Source: Podarcis gaigeae (lineage: Eukaryota). From it: a stretch of DNA of 64,000 bases. Position numbers and translations under genes: made by a program. Shown here in pieces: positions 40,421 through 52,902 of this stretch (the first letter of the stretch is position 1; every line of letters starts with the position of its first letter). The notes beneath the pieces are model-generated. The model worked only from the letters and a program-made list of their open reading frames with translations. It was not told the DNA's origin and ran no database searches. Location of the stretch: NCBI GenBank assembly GCA_964106915.2, contig OZ066914.1. One strand, written 5' to 3'.

Positions 40421-42949
40421 CGTGTTACACACACACACACACAAAATCTAAAGCACTGCACAAAACCTTTGGCTACAATCTTAAAACAGCTATTAGTAGG
40501 TCCCACTGGAAACAACTGAACCTCCTGCCCAGGCCTCTACTATAAAGAATGGAAGGTTGGTGTCTGCACCAGGCATTCATGGGCAGCTGCTAGGTCTCTG
40601 CACCTTGGCGTGGCAACTGCCACTGTATGCACTGGTCCCTCCCTACAAGAAAAAAATACTGTGATGGAAGCCAGAGTGCACAGAAACACCATTAACCTTC
40701 CCACCACAACAGTACCTATTTATCTACTTGCACTAATATAATAAACTTATTACTAATGTAATCATCTTGCACACAGTAGATTTATCCCAATGTGAAATCC
40801 TGTTTCTCTTTTATCCCAGCAGTAATAGTTTTTGGTCTCTTAGGGACAATGTTCCTCACTATAAACCACTATGTTTCAGGAACCAGGTGGGAAGCCTCAA
40901 TCAACTGAGTAAGAGACTGGCATGTAAAGCACCCTCATTAGCAAAATACTCTCATGCATTTTCCTAGCAGACAGGAATGTTGGATGCAGACCAATGTATA
41001 ATATCAATGGAAGTGAAATAATATTCATATTCATTGGGGGAATTTAAAAGCCAAAACAAACTTTCCAAATGGTGTTTACCGGCACTTATTTCATGAGATT
41101 GGAAGTCACAGTTCAGATCTGAAAGAACAGCCAGTTCTCAGTGGATCAGCCAATGGGACCTTCTTGGCAGCTCATTGTTCCTTCTGCATGCTGTGCCAGT
41201 GCATGCCATATTCTGCAACAATTAATTTCAAATAGGCTACTGCAAACTCTTGCCAGAGACTTAGGGACTTAAGCCATTAAGCCCCTAAGCTTGGCACTGT
41301 TTTCAGCATGTGATGGGTTATTTAAGGCATAGAGTGATGAGGCATTGCAACAGTCATAGTGGAATCTGCATCTCAACACCTGGCAGAAAAATACCTGAAT
41401 TTTCATTAGGTTGCCAACCTTTTGCCATAAATCTTTTGACCCCTGGACAGGGACAAAGGGTAGCATGGTTTTGCACTGTATTGTACTTTTACGGCTGTAC
41501 ACAGCCACCCCAGAATCTGTTGTGGTCTAGAAGCCTGCCGTGAACAGCAAAACCTGACTCCACCACTAGTGGAGCTAGCTGCAAATATTTTTTCCATCTG
41601 TGGCTACAAATGTGATACGGTGTGTGTATGTTTGGGTTTTAGTGCAGGGTAAGGGAGCTGTGCAAGTAAATGTGAACAAGATCAGTCCTTATTGCTGCTG
41701 CTGCTGCAGAGCCATGTCATTGATCTGACACCACCCACCCTGCCTCTCTCAGCTCAATACACCCCAGACCTGGTGGCTATGCAGCAAGTCTCTCACAATG
41801 CAGCACTGGAAATGGTGCACTAGGGCTCAGGTGAACCATTTGTCTCCTTGTTGGATGTGCAGCACAGCTCCAGCATGAGCTCTCAGCAGAAAAAGAGATT
41901 GTGCTGACTTTACTCAAAAATAAACAAAAACTCTGCCAATCAGCTCCAAATTCTGCTTCTTCCACGCATGCACACAGAGATACAAAATATGTCAACTAGC
42001 CTGAAGGAAAAACCAAAGAAGCAAGCAAGCAAGTAAGCGAGGTCCCCCACCTGGTAGACTGGCAAGCCTAAATGTAACTCAAAAGAAGCATCTAGTGCGT
42101 GAGCGATGCATCTCCTGTCTATGTCTCTAGGCTACTGTAAATGTCTCTAAGCAGCATTTTCCCAGCTGTGTTCTGTCTGTCAGCTCTGGAACTTCCAGAT
42201 TCAGAGCCTTTGAACATTAGTCGCTGGGCAGAAAGGACTATAGCACTGTCAGCTTCTCGCTGCCCACTTTGGGAAGAAGGTTGTTGGACTATACCTTTGG
42301 CTTCACCTTCACATGTGATGTGCAAATCTTCTAGGGTTCTTTAGAAGAATATCACAGGGTCCATGAAAACACAGCTTGCCCACAACAAACCATCTACCTC
42401 TGGAGGGTACAGCAGCAACAGTCTATTATTTTTGCTGCCTTGCTGATTAAGCCGTTTTCTTTAATTGTCAGCCCTTCCAACCTTCCATCTCCCTGCAAGC
42501 CCACTGATTGCCAGGCTTTCCCAATTGCCACTGCTTGATGGTGAACCAAGCAGGTTCTGGCAGCAGGCACCCAAGCAAGTTGGAGCAAGGATGCCCTGCA
42601 AGTTGTTTGGGGGACTTCTTTTTCCTGTGTGACCCATCTCCCAGCCTTCCTCGCAGCTCATGGAGCTGGGAAAGGGACAGGGATTGCCTCACCTAACTGC
42701 TGGGATGATCCCTGCCCACCTGTGCAGCTTCCAAGTTGGCAGTAAGGCTGCTGACTTGTCATGCTCTCCAGCTGACAAAGCAACATGCACCATATCAGGT
42801 GTCACAAGTGTATCTGATGATGCCTGGTTAAGTAGATAGGATTTTCCAAAAAGTGACATTTCAAATTGTGAAACAAAATGGCTAGCTGAATTGCAAGTCT
42901 TCTAACTGAAATTTTACTGTCGACCCATATGCTCGTCAACCATACATGA

Positions 42950-43665
42950 AATTTATTACAGTCAGAGACCAGCTTGTGAAACACAAATGGAACTACAATC
43001 CCAAAAGCAAAACAAACATTTAAAACAATGAATTTTAAGTTTAAAAGTGTGGTAGGCATATAAACACATAAAAACTTTAAGATAGATTACCATAGACAAA
43101 TGACCCAGAGTCGCCCGTGGATCCAAGTTTGGGAATTTTCTTAACAAACTAGATTGAATTGGGGGATGGTCTACGCCTACAGATCTGTGCGCAGAATCTG
43201 GCGACCATCTGGGTCGTCTTGTGATTTTTGCCTAACAGGAGAAGATTCAATTTTTGCTTTATCGGGAGGTCAGCAAGCCTCACCAGCAGGGGGTCGATAG
43301 TTTCTCTACGTGCCTTATCGTAAAAGGGACATCTAAAAAATATGTGTTCGGGGCTTCCTATACCCCCCAATGGACAAGCGCAAATTCTCTGGTCATATGG
43401 GACTTTTTTAAAGGATCCCGCCAAGACCGACAAAGGCAGAGCCGAGCTTCTGGCAAGTGTAATAGCCCTTCTTGCATTTTTGGCTACAAGAAAAAAGAGA
43501 TATGCTGCCGGTGCATATCTCTCGATTTCTACAATTTTGTAGTCGGGGGCACCTTACGCAGTCCTGTTGTCTCTTGGTGTCTCTAATTCTTTGCCTAACT
43601 ATAGCTTTTGCTTGACCCAAGCCCAGACTTAGAAGGGCTTGAGGGACAAAACCCAGTTTCTGAAG
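42950..43665 (-). mobile_element. Non-LTR retrotransposon 3' fragment with a CCHC finger (RTE-X-like; clade uncertain)
   Basis: Minus-strand ORF contains QRICACPLGGIGSPEHIFFRCPFYDKAR; a T-rich 3' UTR ends ggtctctgactgtaataaa. Confidence 0.7.
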
Positions 43666-44796
43666 AGTGTTTACTTGTCAACCAAAATGTTCAGATTTGA
43701 ATTAAAGTGAATGTTCAGGCTATCCTAAACAACAGTGAGTTGGATCCAAAAAATGGTGCGCAGAATGAAAATAGCTGCCAATACTTGCCATGAGCATTAG
43801 AGGAAATGTTCATCCAGTGCCATAGTAGGCAGATACACTTATAGCAGTTCTCATGTTTCCCCTTCTGCAAACTGAGGAATATATTTTGCATTTCCTATGC
43901 AACTATGGCAACCCAACTTGAGAAATTACCATTTGGCACTGGTACGCTCTCAGAGACCCATAAAGTATATACTGCATACCATTTTCTTTTCAGATAATAA
44001 TGCTGAGAAACAAAACATTTTCATTCAGATTCAGGTAACTGCTGAAGCAGAACATTGGTGTTTACTGAACCTGTAAGCCATTGTTTCATATGTAATATTA
44101 TTCACTTCTCAACACTATTGCTTAAGTAAAAAAGTAATTTCATCTAGATTACTTATCCCTTTGGTATATGCCACTTTACACACTTTTATGTTCACAGACC
44201 ATTGACATAATAGAAAGGAAAACATTATGTGTTGATAGAAACAGCTTGATCAGAAAAACAAGCAGTTCTTTCATGCTGAAAAGAATATTCCAGTTATTAT
44301 CATATACATTCAAGGGATTCAGAGGGGTGGTGTGCAGTGTATTTGTTTTGGAGATGTGCAAAGCATGCTAAATATTTGTAGGTTTGTAAAAAGGCATGTT
44401 CTCTACTTTGAACACACTGCATATCACAGCTGGATAATCTGGAAGGAACCCAAAGCTTCCTTCCAATACCTAGATCTAGTGCCAATGGAGAATGGAGCAG
44501 TGTCCCAGTGCTCTTTGGTCCTTACCTTTAACAATCCTTACCTTTCTGACTCATATCTCAGTAGATACCTGTCTGTGGCCTTTAACCCTTTAGTGTCACT
44601 ACCCTCAGCTGCCCAAAGGACTTCCGCCTCCTTACTGGCTTTTGTTTCTCCCTTGATGCCCCTTTATGCCTAGAACTCTCTCACAAACATCTATTTGGCA
44701 TAATGCATCTCACTTTTTCTTCAAATCCTTTCTTAAAACCCACTAGTTCTGCCAAGCCTTTGGCTTGACCCCTGCTGAATCAAGGGGTATTCAGTA

Positions 44797-45031
44797 CAGT
44801 CGTACCTTGGTTGTCAAATGCCCTGTAGCTCAGATGTTTTGGCCCCCAAACGATAAAAACCCGGAAGTAACTGTTCTGTTTTTTTAATGTTCTTTTGGAA
44901 GCCAAAAGTCAGGTGGGGCTTCTGCAGCTTCCGATTGGCTGCAGGTGCTTCCTGCAGCCAATCAGAGGTTGTGATTTGGAAGTCGAATGGACTTCCAGAA
45001 CAGATTCCGTTTGACTTCCAAGGTACAACTG
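44797..45031. mobile_element. Tc1/mariner (Tigger-like) MITE
   Basis: TIRs CAGTCGTACCTTGG / CCAAGGTACAACTG with a TA TSD; related to 40012-40351. Confidence 0.85.
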
Positions 45032-45889
45032 TACGGGGATTCCTGAGCCCTCCTCAGCTCCAAAGTTGAGAGAAACGTGTCCAGAGCTGCTCAAACTATA
45101 GGCAGTTTTCCCATGATACTGGGATGAAGGCTTAGATTGACATAAACTGGCAAGTCCCCTAACTGACCTGTTGTCCTTGTGCGGTGGGGGGAGGGAAGCA
45201 AATTGACCATGGAAATGGATTAAATGTACACCTTTTTCATTGATTGACGTAAATGGGAACCTTCTGGTTAGCAGAGAGAGTATGCATCACTCTCAAAGCA
45301 TATATATATATATAGGCTGAAAAATAATGAAACCAGAAGACTTAATCCTGTTCAACACGGGCATGAATGGTATTCAGTAAATGCTTCAAAAACTAAAGCA
45401 ACAGGTCACAAGTTGAAAAACTAACATGGTCCCTGGGAATACCCAAAAAGGCAACACAGGAGGCATATGATATAAAGGCCATCCTCATCAGCTATCATAC
45501 TCCTGTCAATGTCTCTGGAGTTAAATACTGAGTAAACAGGCTTCAATCCACCATAGAATTTTGTAAATACTATTATTCTTATTTACCCTCTGCTTTCGCA
45601 CAGGAATCTGCACTATGAAGCTAGAACATAATGTAGTTAGTTATGCAACAGCACATGAAGCAATAAGGGCTCAGTCCAGAGGAGCACAAGTGGATCTGCC
45701 ATGTGTACAGGAGTCCTGTCCTCTCTGCCAATGGGACTGCATGGACATGCATGCTTTGAAAGGAGAGAATGAGGGTTCTAGTGTTCATATTGGTGAAGAA
45801 GAATGGAATGGGATTTATGTGCATTTGGGTAAGATCTGGGCTTAACTGGACTGAGATAGATGAGAATAGGAGTTATCCTATCCAAGGCT

Positions 45890-46017
45890 CCCCTTCATGG
45901 ATCACTGCCTTGCCGTGGCGAAGGGGCTTGAAGAACTCAGAGAAGCTATGAACTATGCCGAGCAGGGCACCCAAGATGAATAGGTCATAGTGGAGAGTTC
46001 TGACCAAACGTGATCCA
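45890..46017 (+). ncRNA. Candidate HDV-like self-cleaving ribozyme at the BovB 5' end
   Basis: Pairings found by hand: P1 CCCCTTC/GAAGGGG, P2 TGGATCAC/GTGATCCA, P3 GCC/GGC with the 7-nt loop TTGCCGT, P4 AGAACTC/GAGTTCT, and J4/2 GACCAA. The order is that of the HDV fold. Activity is untested. Confidence 0.6.
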
Positions 46018-46068
46018 CCTAGAGGAGGAACCGGCAAGCCACTCCAGTATCCCTGCCAAGAAAACTCC

Positions 46069-49000
46069 ATGGACAAAGACAACAGGCATATAAAAGGTAT
46101 GACACTGGAAGATGAGCCCCTCAGGTCGGAAGGCGTCCAACATGCTACTGGGGAAGAGCGGAGGGCAAGTACAAGTAGACCCAGAGCTGATGAAGCGGCT
46201 GGGCCAAAGCCGAAAGGACGCTCAGTTGCAGATATGCCTGGAAGCGAAAGGAAAGTCCAATGCTGTAAAGAAAAATATTGCATAGGAACCTGGAATGTAA
46301 GAACCATGAACCTGGGTAAGTTGGAGGTGGTCAAAAATGAGATGGCAAGAATAAATATTGACATCCTGGGCATCAGTGAACTAAAATGGACGGGAATGGG
46401 TGAATTCAGTTCGGATGACCATCATATCTACTACTGTGGGCAAGAAACCCGTAAAAGAAATGGAGTGGCCCTCATAGTCAACAAAAGAGTGGCGAAAACT
46501 GTACTGGGATGCAATCTCAAAAATGATACAATGATCTCGATACGAATCCAAGGCAGACCTTTTAACATCACAGTAATCCAAGTTTATGCACCAACTACTT
46601 GTGCTGAAGAAACTGAAATTGACCAATTCTATGAAGACTTACAAGACCTTATAGAAGTGACACCAAAGAAGGATGTTCTTCTCATTATAGGGGATTGGAA
46701 TGCTAAAGTAGGGAGTCAAGAGATAAAAGGAACAACTGGCAAGTTTGGCCTTGGAGATCAAAACGAAGCAGGGCAAAGGCTAATAGAGTTCTGTCAAGAG
46801 AACAAGCTGGTCATCACAAACATGCTTTTCCAACAACACAAGAGACGACTCTACACATGGACATCACCAGATGGGCAGCATCGAAATCTGATTGATTATA
46901 TTCTCTGCAGCCAAAGATGGAGAAGCTCTATACAGTCAGCAAAAACAAGACCTAGAGCTGACTGTGGCTCAGATCATCAGCTTCTTATAGCAAAATTCAA
47001 GCTTAAACTGAAGAAAGTAGGAAAAACCTCTGGGCCGGTAAGATACAATCTAAGTCAAATCCCTTATGAATACACAGTGGAAGTGAGGAACAGGTTTAAG
47101 GATTTAGATTTGGTGGACAGAATGCCTGAAGAACTATGGATGGAGGCTCGTAACATTATACAGGAGGCAGCAACTAAAACCATCCCAATGAAAAGGAAAT
47201 GCAAGAAAGCAAAGTGGCTGTCCAATGAGGCCTTACAAATAGCTGGGGAGAGAAGGCAAGCAAAATGCGAGGGAGATGGTGAAAGATACAGGAAATTGAA
47301 TGCAGATTTCCAAAGAATAGCAAGGAGAGACAAGAAGACCTTCTTAAACGAGCAATACAAAGAAATAGAGGAAAGCAATAGAATGGGAAGAACCAGAGAT
47401 CTGTTCAAGAAAATTGGAGATATGAAAGGAACATTTGTACAAAGATTTCCATAATAAAGGACAAAAGTGGAAAGGACCTAACAGAAGCAGAAGACATCAA
47501 GAAGAGGTGGCAAGAATACACAGAGGAATTATACCAGAAAGAAATGGATGTCTCGTATACCCCAGGTAGTGTGGTTGCTGACCTTGAGCCAGACATCCTG
47601 GAAAGTGAAGTCAAATGGGCCTTAGAAAGCACTGCAAATAACAAGGCCAGTGGAAGTGATGGTATTCCAGCTGAACTATTTAAAATTTTAAAAGATGATG
47701 CTGTTAAGGTGCTACACTCAATATGCCAGCAAGTTTGGAAAACTCAGCAGTGGCCAGAAGATTGGAGAAGATCAGTCTACATCCCAATCCCAAAGAAGGG
47801 CAGTGCCAAAGATTGCTCCAACTACCGCACAATTGCACTCATTTCACACGCTAGCAAGGTTATGCTTAAAATTCTACAAGGAAGGCTCAAGCAGTATGTG
47901 GACCGAGAACTCCCAGAAGTGCAAGCTGGATTTAGAAGAGGCAGAGGAACCAGAGACCAAATTGCAAACATGCGCTGGATTATGGAGAAAGCTAGAGAGT
48001 TCCAGAAAGACATTTACTTCTGCTTCATTGACTATGCAAAAGCCTTTGACTGTGTCGACCACGGCAAACTATGGCAAGTTCTTAAAGAAATGGGAGTGCC
48101 AGATCACCTCATCTGTCTCCTGAGAAATCTCTATGTGGGACAAGAAGCTACAGTTAGAACTGGATATGGAACAACTGATTGGTTCAAAATTGGGAAAGGA
48201 GTACGACAAGGCTGTATTTTGTCTCCCTGCTTATTTAACTTATATGCAGAATTCATCATGCGAAAGGCTGGGCTGGATGAATCCCATTCCGGAATTAAGA
48301 TTGCCGGAAGAAATATCAACAACCTCAGATATGCAGATGACACAACCTTGATGGCAGAAAGTGAGGAGGAATTAAAGAACCTTTTAATGAGGGTGAAAGA
48401 GGAGAGCGCAAAATATGGTCTGAAGCTCAACATCAAAAAAACAAAGATCATGGCCACTGGTCCCATCACCTCCTGGCAAATAGAAGGGGAAGAAATGGAG
48501 GTAGTGAGAGATTTTACTTTCTTGGGCTCAATGATCACTGCAGATGGTGACAGCAGCCACGAAATTAAAAGACGCCTGCTTCTTGGGAGAAGGGCAATGA
48601 CAGGCCTAGACAGCATCTTGAGAAGTAGAGACATCACCTTGCCAACAAAGGTTCGTATAGTTAAAGCTATGGTTTTCCCAGTAGTGATGTATGGAAGTGA
48701 GAGCTGGACCATAAAGAAGGCTGATCGCCGAAGAATTGATGCTTTTGAATTATGGTGCTGGAGGAGACTCTTGAGAGTCCCATGGACTGCAAGAAGATCA
48801 AACCTCTCCATACTGAAGGAAATCAACCCTGAGTGCTCACTGGAAGGACAGATTGTGAAGCTGTACTTTGGCCACCTCATGAGAAGAGAAGACTCCCTGG
48901 AGAAGACCCTGATGTTGGGAAAGATGGAGGGCACAAGGAGAAGGGGACGGCAGAGGACGAGATGGTTGGATAGTGTTTTCGAGGTTACCAGCATGAATTT

Positions 49001-49091
49001 GACCAAACTGCGGGAGGCAGTGGAGGACAGAGGTGCCTGGCGTTCTCTGGTCCATGGGGTCACGAAGAGTCGGACACAACTAAACGACTAA
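46069..49091 (+). pseudogene. BovB endonuclease-reverse transcriptase ORF with one frameshift at ~47434-47436
   Basis: ORFs 46069-47454 and 47544-49091 join into one ~1007-aa frame if one base is added at ACATTT|GTACA, reading GTF(C)TKISIIKDKSGKDLTEAEDIKKRWQEY. Confidence 0.9.
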
Positions 49092-49272
49092 ACAACAACA
49101 ACTATCCAAGGCTTCCACCAGCCTAGAAGAGAAGCCTTGTATTTGTGTTCCGGCATGGTGGGAAGTTTTAAGAGCCAATCACGGGGAAAGAACCTGTTTC
49201 CCCATTTTCCATCCCCCAAGGTCTGTCCCTGCGGTTAAAGTTGGCTAAGATCTGTTACCTCTGAAACTTATA

Positions 49273-49644
49273 AATACCCACCAACATTTCTCTGGTTAAA
49301 ACAGAGATGTCTTATTTAACAACAACAACAACTTTTACTATTTATACCTCACCCATCTGACTGGGTTGCCCCAGCCAGTTTGGTGGCTTCCAACAAATAT
49401 AAAAACATAATGAAATATTAAACATCAAAAAACTTCCCTATACAGGGCTGATTTCAGATGCCTTTTAAAGGTTGTATAGTTATTTACCTCCTTGGCTCCG
49501 AGGTCGCATAATTTCATACCTCTCAACATTTCTCTGATGAAAACGGGGACATCCTATGGAAAAGTGGGACATTCCGGGATCAAATCAGAAATACGGGTGG
49601 CTTCTGGGACTAACCCTGGAAAATAGGGACACTTATAGGGTTTG
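49273..49644. mobile_element. Inverted, diverged copy of the 5382-5815 TIR element
   Basis: Shares ctgggttgccccagcca, aacttccctatacaggg, gggacatcc and aaatagggacact in reverse orientation. Possible cttata duplication at the flanks. Confidence 0.65.
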
Positions 49645-49820
49645 CTTATATAGCTATATAGTGAGGAATGAGGGTAGATCTGGAGAGCAGAAAGGGAATG
49701 TGTGTCCTTTTCCTGCTATATGCTGCAAAGACATGGGGAGGTGGCTATTTTTTATTTTACAGAGTTATATACTGTACTTCTGCATACCTAGAGAATCCCT
49801 TGAGTATGCAGAAACCACTA

Positions 49821-50046
49821 CAGTAGTAACTTGAGTTAAGAACTTAATTCGTTCCCGAGGTCTGTTCTTAACCTGAAACTGTTCTTAACCTGAAGCACCA
49901 CTTTAGCTAATGGGGCCTCCCGCTGCTGCTGCGCTGCCAGAGCACGATTTCTGTTCTCATCCTGAAGCAAAGTTCTTAACCTGAAGCACTATTTCTAGGT
50001 TAGCGGAGTCTGTAACCTGAAGCGTCTGTAACCTGAGGTACCACTG
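49821..50046. mobile_element. Tc1/mariner (Tigger-like) MITE
   Basis: TIRs CAGTAGTAACTTGAGTTA / TAACCTGAGGTACCACTG, TA TSD and internal taacctgaa repeats. Confidence 0.8.
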
Positions 50047-50654
50047 TACCTTACTTTTGGCCCCATTTTGCTTCCAAATTGATAGGCATTCAGTCACCTG
50101 AGTTTGCTAATAGAGAGAATGATGATTCTATAGCACAATCCATGCCAGTGCTCTGCCTGAGTTGTTTCTCGCTGTTTTCTATAAAAGTTTGGGTTATGAG
50201 CTACAGTCTGGCTCTAAACAAAAGCATTATCATAATGGGAGTTTTATACTTTCGTCAGGGTTGGCTAGTTTCACTTATTCCAGTACCTGCAGTCCATGTT
50301 AAGGGTATTTCAACTGGTGATACAGCTGGGGAATGAGCAAACATACTTATTCAAGTATATGTGAATGACTGCCCCTAGGGATTAGGGTGGGGGCCCCCAA
50401 ATGAAAGAAAACAGGTCCCATATTCTCAACTCTGATCTATGACCGTGTGAGAGTGCCTCAGAATATCTGGTATAGGAGAAAAGGTAAATATATATTAAGA
50501 CTGCATCAAAACCTTTGGTAGTGCAACATTTTGATATTTTCAGAAAGGTTTATTAAATAACTTTGATTATGGATGTTAAAATGTAGTTGTTTTACTATGT
50601 ATTTTAATTGCATGTAGCTGTACTTTTGTAATGTTTTTATTCTTGTTATTTTGC

Positions 50655-50700
50655 TGTTTGTTTGTTTGTTTGTTTGTTTGTTTGTTTGTTTGTTTGTTTG
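50655..50700. repeat. (GTTT)n microsatellite
   Basis: Read directly from the sequence. Confidence 0.95.
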
Positions 50701-51125
50701 CAAACTGCATTGATATTGCTTCCTGAAATGAAAGGTGGTATATAGATTCTAATTCTAATAAATACTACTACTACTACTAATAATACTATGTAAAAGTGGA
50801 TTCAAATATAATAACAGAAACTGTTTGAAGACTCAGCTGGTTGAACATTTGGATAGAAGTGAGAAAAATAATGGGTGGGATTCAGCTAAGTTGTGTGTGT
50901 GGATCAAGGTCCGCTTGTGAAACTGGACTTCTCCCCACCCCAGTGCCCCCTAAATTTGCAATGTAGGGTTCAGGGAAAGTCCAGAATAGGTTTAGTGGAT
51001 TTGCAGGGGTTACACAGGGGGTCACTAACTGCTATGTTGAATTCCATTCAATATATTTAGATGCATAAATACATGCACAGTATTGCAAGATATAGGAGCT
51101 AATCATTCCAGATGAAAATAATGTG

Positions 51126-52902
51126 AAACTGGGTTAATGGTGGCCAAAAAGGTGAAATACTTGGGGATTAATATGACATCTAAGAATGTGAATTTATTTA
51201 AAGACAATTATGATAAATGTTGGATGGAGGTAAAGAAAGATCTAGAAATATGGTCAAATTTGAGACTTTCCTTGTTAGGCCGAATTGCTGTAATCAAGAT
51301 GAATGTATTGCCTAGAATGTTATTTTTGTTCCAGACATTACAGATTGTGGATAAAGTGAACTGTTTCAAGAAGTGGCAGAAAGATATATCTAAATTTGTC
51401 TGGCAGGGCAAAAAGCCCAGAATAAAATTCAAGATATTAACTGATGCAAAAGACAGAGGAGGGTTTGCCCTGCCGGACTTAAGACTGTATTATGAATCGG
51501 CAGCTTTCTGCTGGTTGAAGGACTGGCTACTTCTTGAGAATACAGATATTTTGGATTTGGAAGGATTTGACATTAGATTCGGTTGGCATGCATATATTTG
51601 GTATGACAAGGTAAAAATTCATAAAGGATTTAAAAACCATATTGTTAGGAAAGCATTGTATAATGTTTGGATTCGATATAAGGATTTGTTGGAAAACAAA
51701 ACTCCTAGGTGTTTGTCACCAATCGAAGCTAAGGAAGTGAAAAGATCTAATATGGAATCTAAATGGCCAAAATATTGTGAAATTCTAGAGCAAGAGAGTG
51801 GAAAAATTAAATTACAGAGTTTTGAGAAACTAAAGCCCAAAGTACGAGATTGGCTTCATTATCACCAAATAATGGAAGTGTTTAAACAAGACAGGAAAAT
51901 TGGTTTCCAGTTGGAGAGATCCAAATTAGAAACAGAGTTGTTAGAACCCAATACTAAGAACTTATCAAGAATGTATGACTTGCTGTTGAAATGGAATACA
52001 TTGGATAAGACAGTTAAATCAGCTATGATTAAATGGGCACAAGACTTTGGTCATGACATTATGTTTGCGGATTGGGAACAGTTATGGACCACCGGTATAA
52101 AATTTACGGCATGTAATGCCTTAAGAGAAAATATTATGAAAATGATTTACAGGTGGTACATGACCCCAACCAAGCTTGCAAAAATTTATCATTTGCCCAA
52201 TAATAAATGCTGGAAATGTAATGAGATGGAAGGAACTTTTTATCACCTTTGGTGGACCTGCCCGAAGATTAAAGCCTATTGGGAAATGATTTATAATGAA
52301 ATTAAGAAGGTACTTAAATGTACTTTTCATAAGAAACCGGAGGCATTTCTCTTGGGCATGGTCGGCCAATTGGTGCCAAAGAAGGATAGGACATTTTTTA
52401 TGTATGCTACCACAGCGGCAAGGATCCTTTTAGCAAAGTATTGGAAGACACAAGAACTACCCACACTGGAAGAATGGCAGACAAAGGTGATCGACTATAT
52501 GGGACTAGCGGAGATGACTGGCAGAATCCGTGACCAAGATAAAGAGACGGTGGAAGAAGACTGGATGAAATTTAAAGTATATTTGAGAAATTGTTGTAAA
52601 ATTGATGAATGCTGAAATGTCAAGGGAAAGGAAAATATAGAATTACAGCTGTAATTGATTAAGTGTTAGAAGAAACTTAAAGAGAAAATAAGTAATTAAT
52701 TAATTGATGCGAAGAGTTGCTGAAAAAATCTTAAAACAGAGATGCAGAAAAGGGGAGGTAAGGGGAAGTCCGAGAAGCAAGGTTATGAAAATATGTCTTT
52801 TTGAAATTATACATGTTTGTATGTTTTTGATTTGTTTATGTGTGTGTATTGTTTTGTCCTTTTTTGTGTTGGAAAAATGAATAAAAATTATTATTAAAAA
52901 AA
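51126..52902 (+). mobile_element. 5'-truncated L1-clade LINE (end of RT, C-terminal CCHC domain, 3' UTR); open frame 51137-52615
   Basis: Motifs KYLGI, GRIAVIKMNVLPR, GGFALPD and CWKC...HLWWTC; AATAAA at ~52880 followed by a short A tail. Confidence 0.92.

Larger units (their letters stand above)
45890..49101 (+). mobile_element. Full-length RTE-BovB LINE (~3.2 kb)
   Basis: APE domain (IGTWNVRT, LGISE, GDWNAK, SDH), RT domain (GVRQGCILSP, LRYADD), (CAA)n tail and a perfect 12-bp TSD, ctatccaaggct (45878-45889 / 49102-49113). Confidence 0.96.

Noticed and set aside
42915-43690. gtcaacca-containing similarity on both sides of the RTE-X-like fragment as a TSD
   Set aside because: The match is short, imperfect and not exactly at the element ends.
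48131-49063. 310-aa minus-strand ORF, and other antisense ORFs over 45873-49079
   Set aside because: These are antisense shadows of the BovB frame with no independent protein features.
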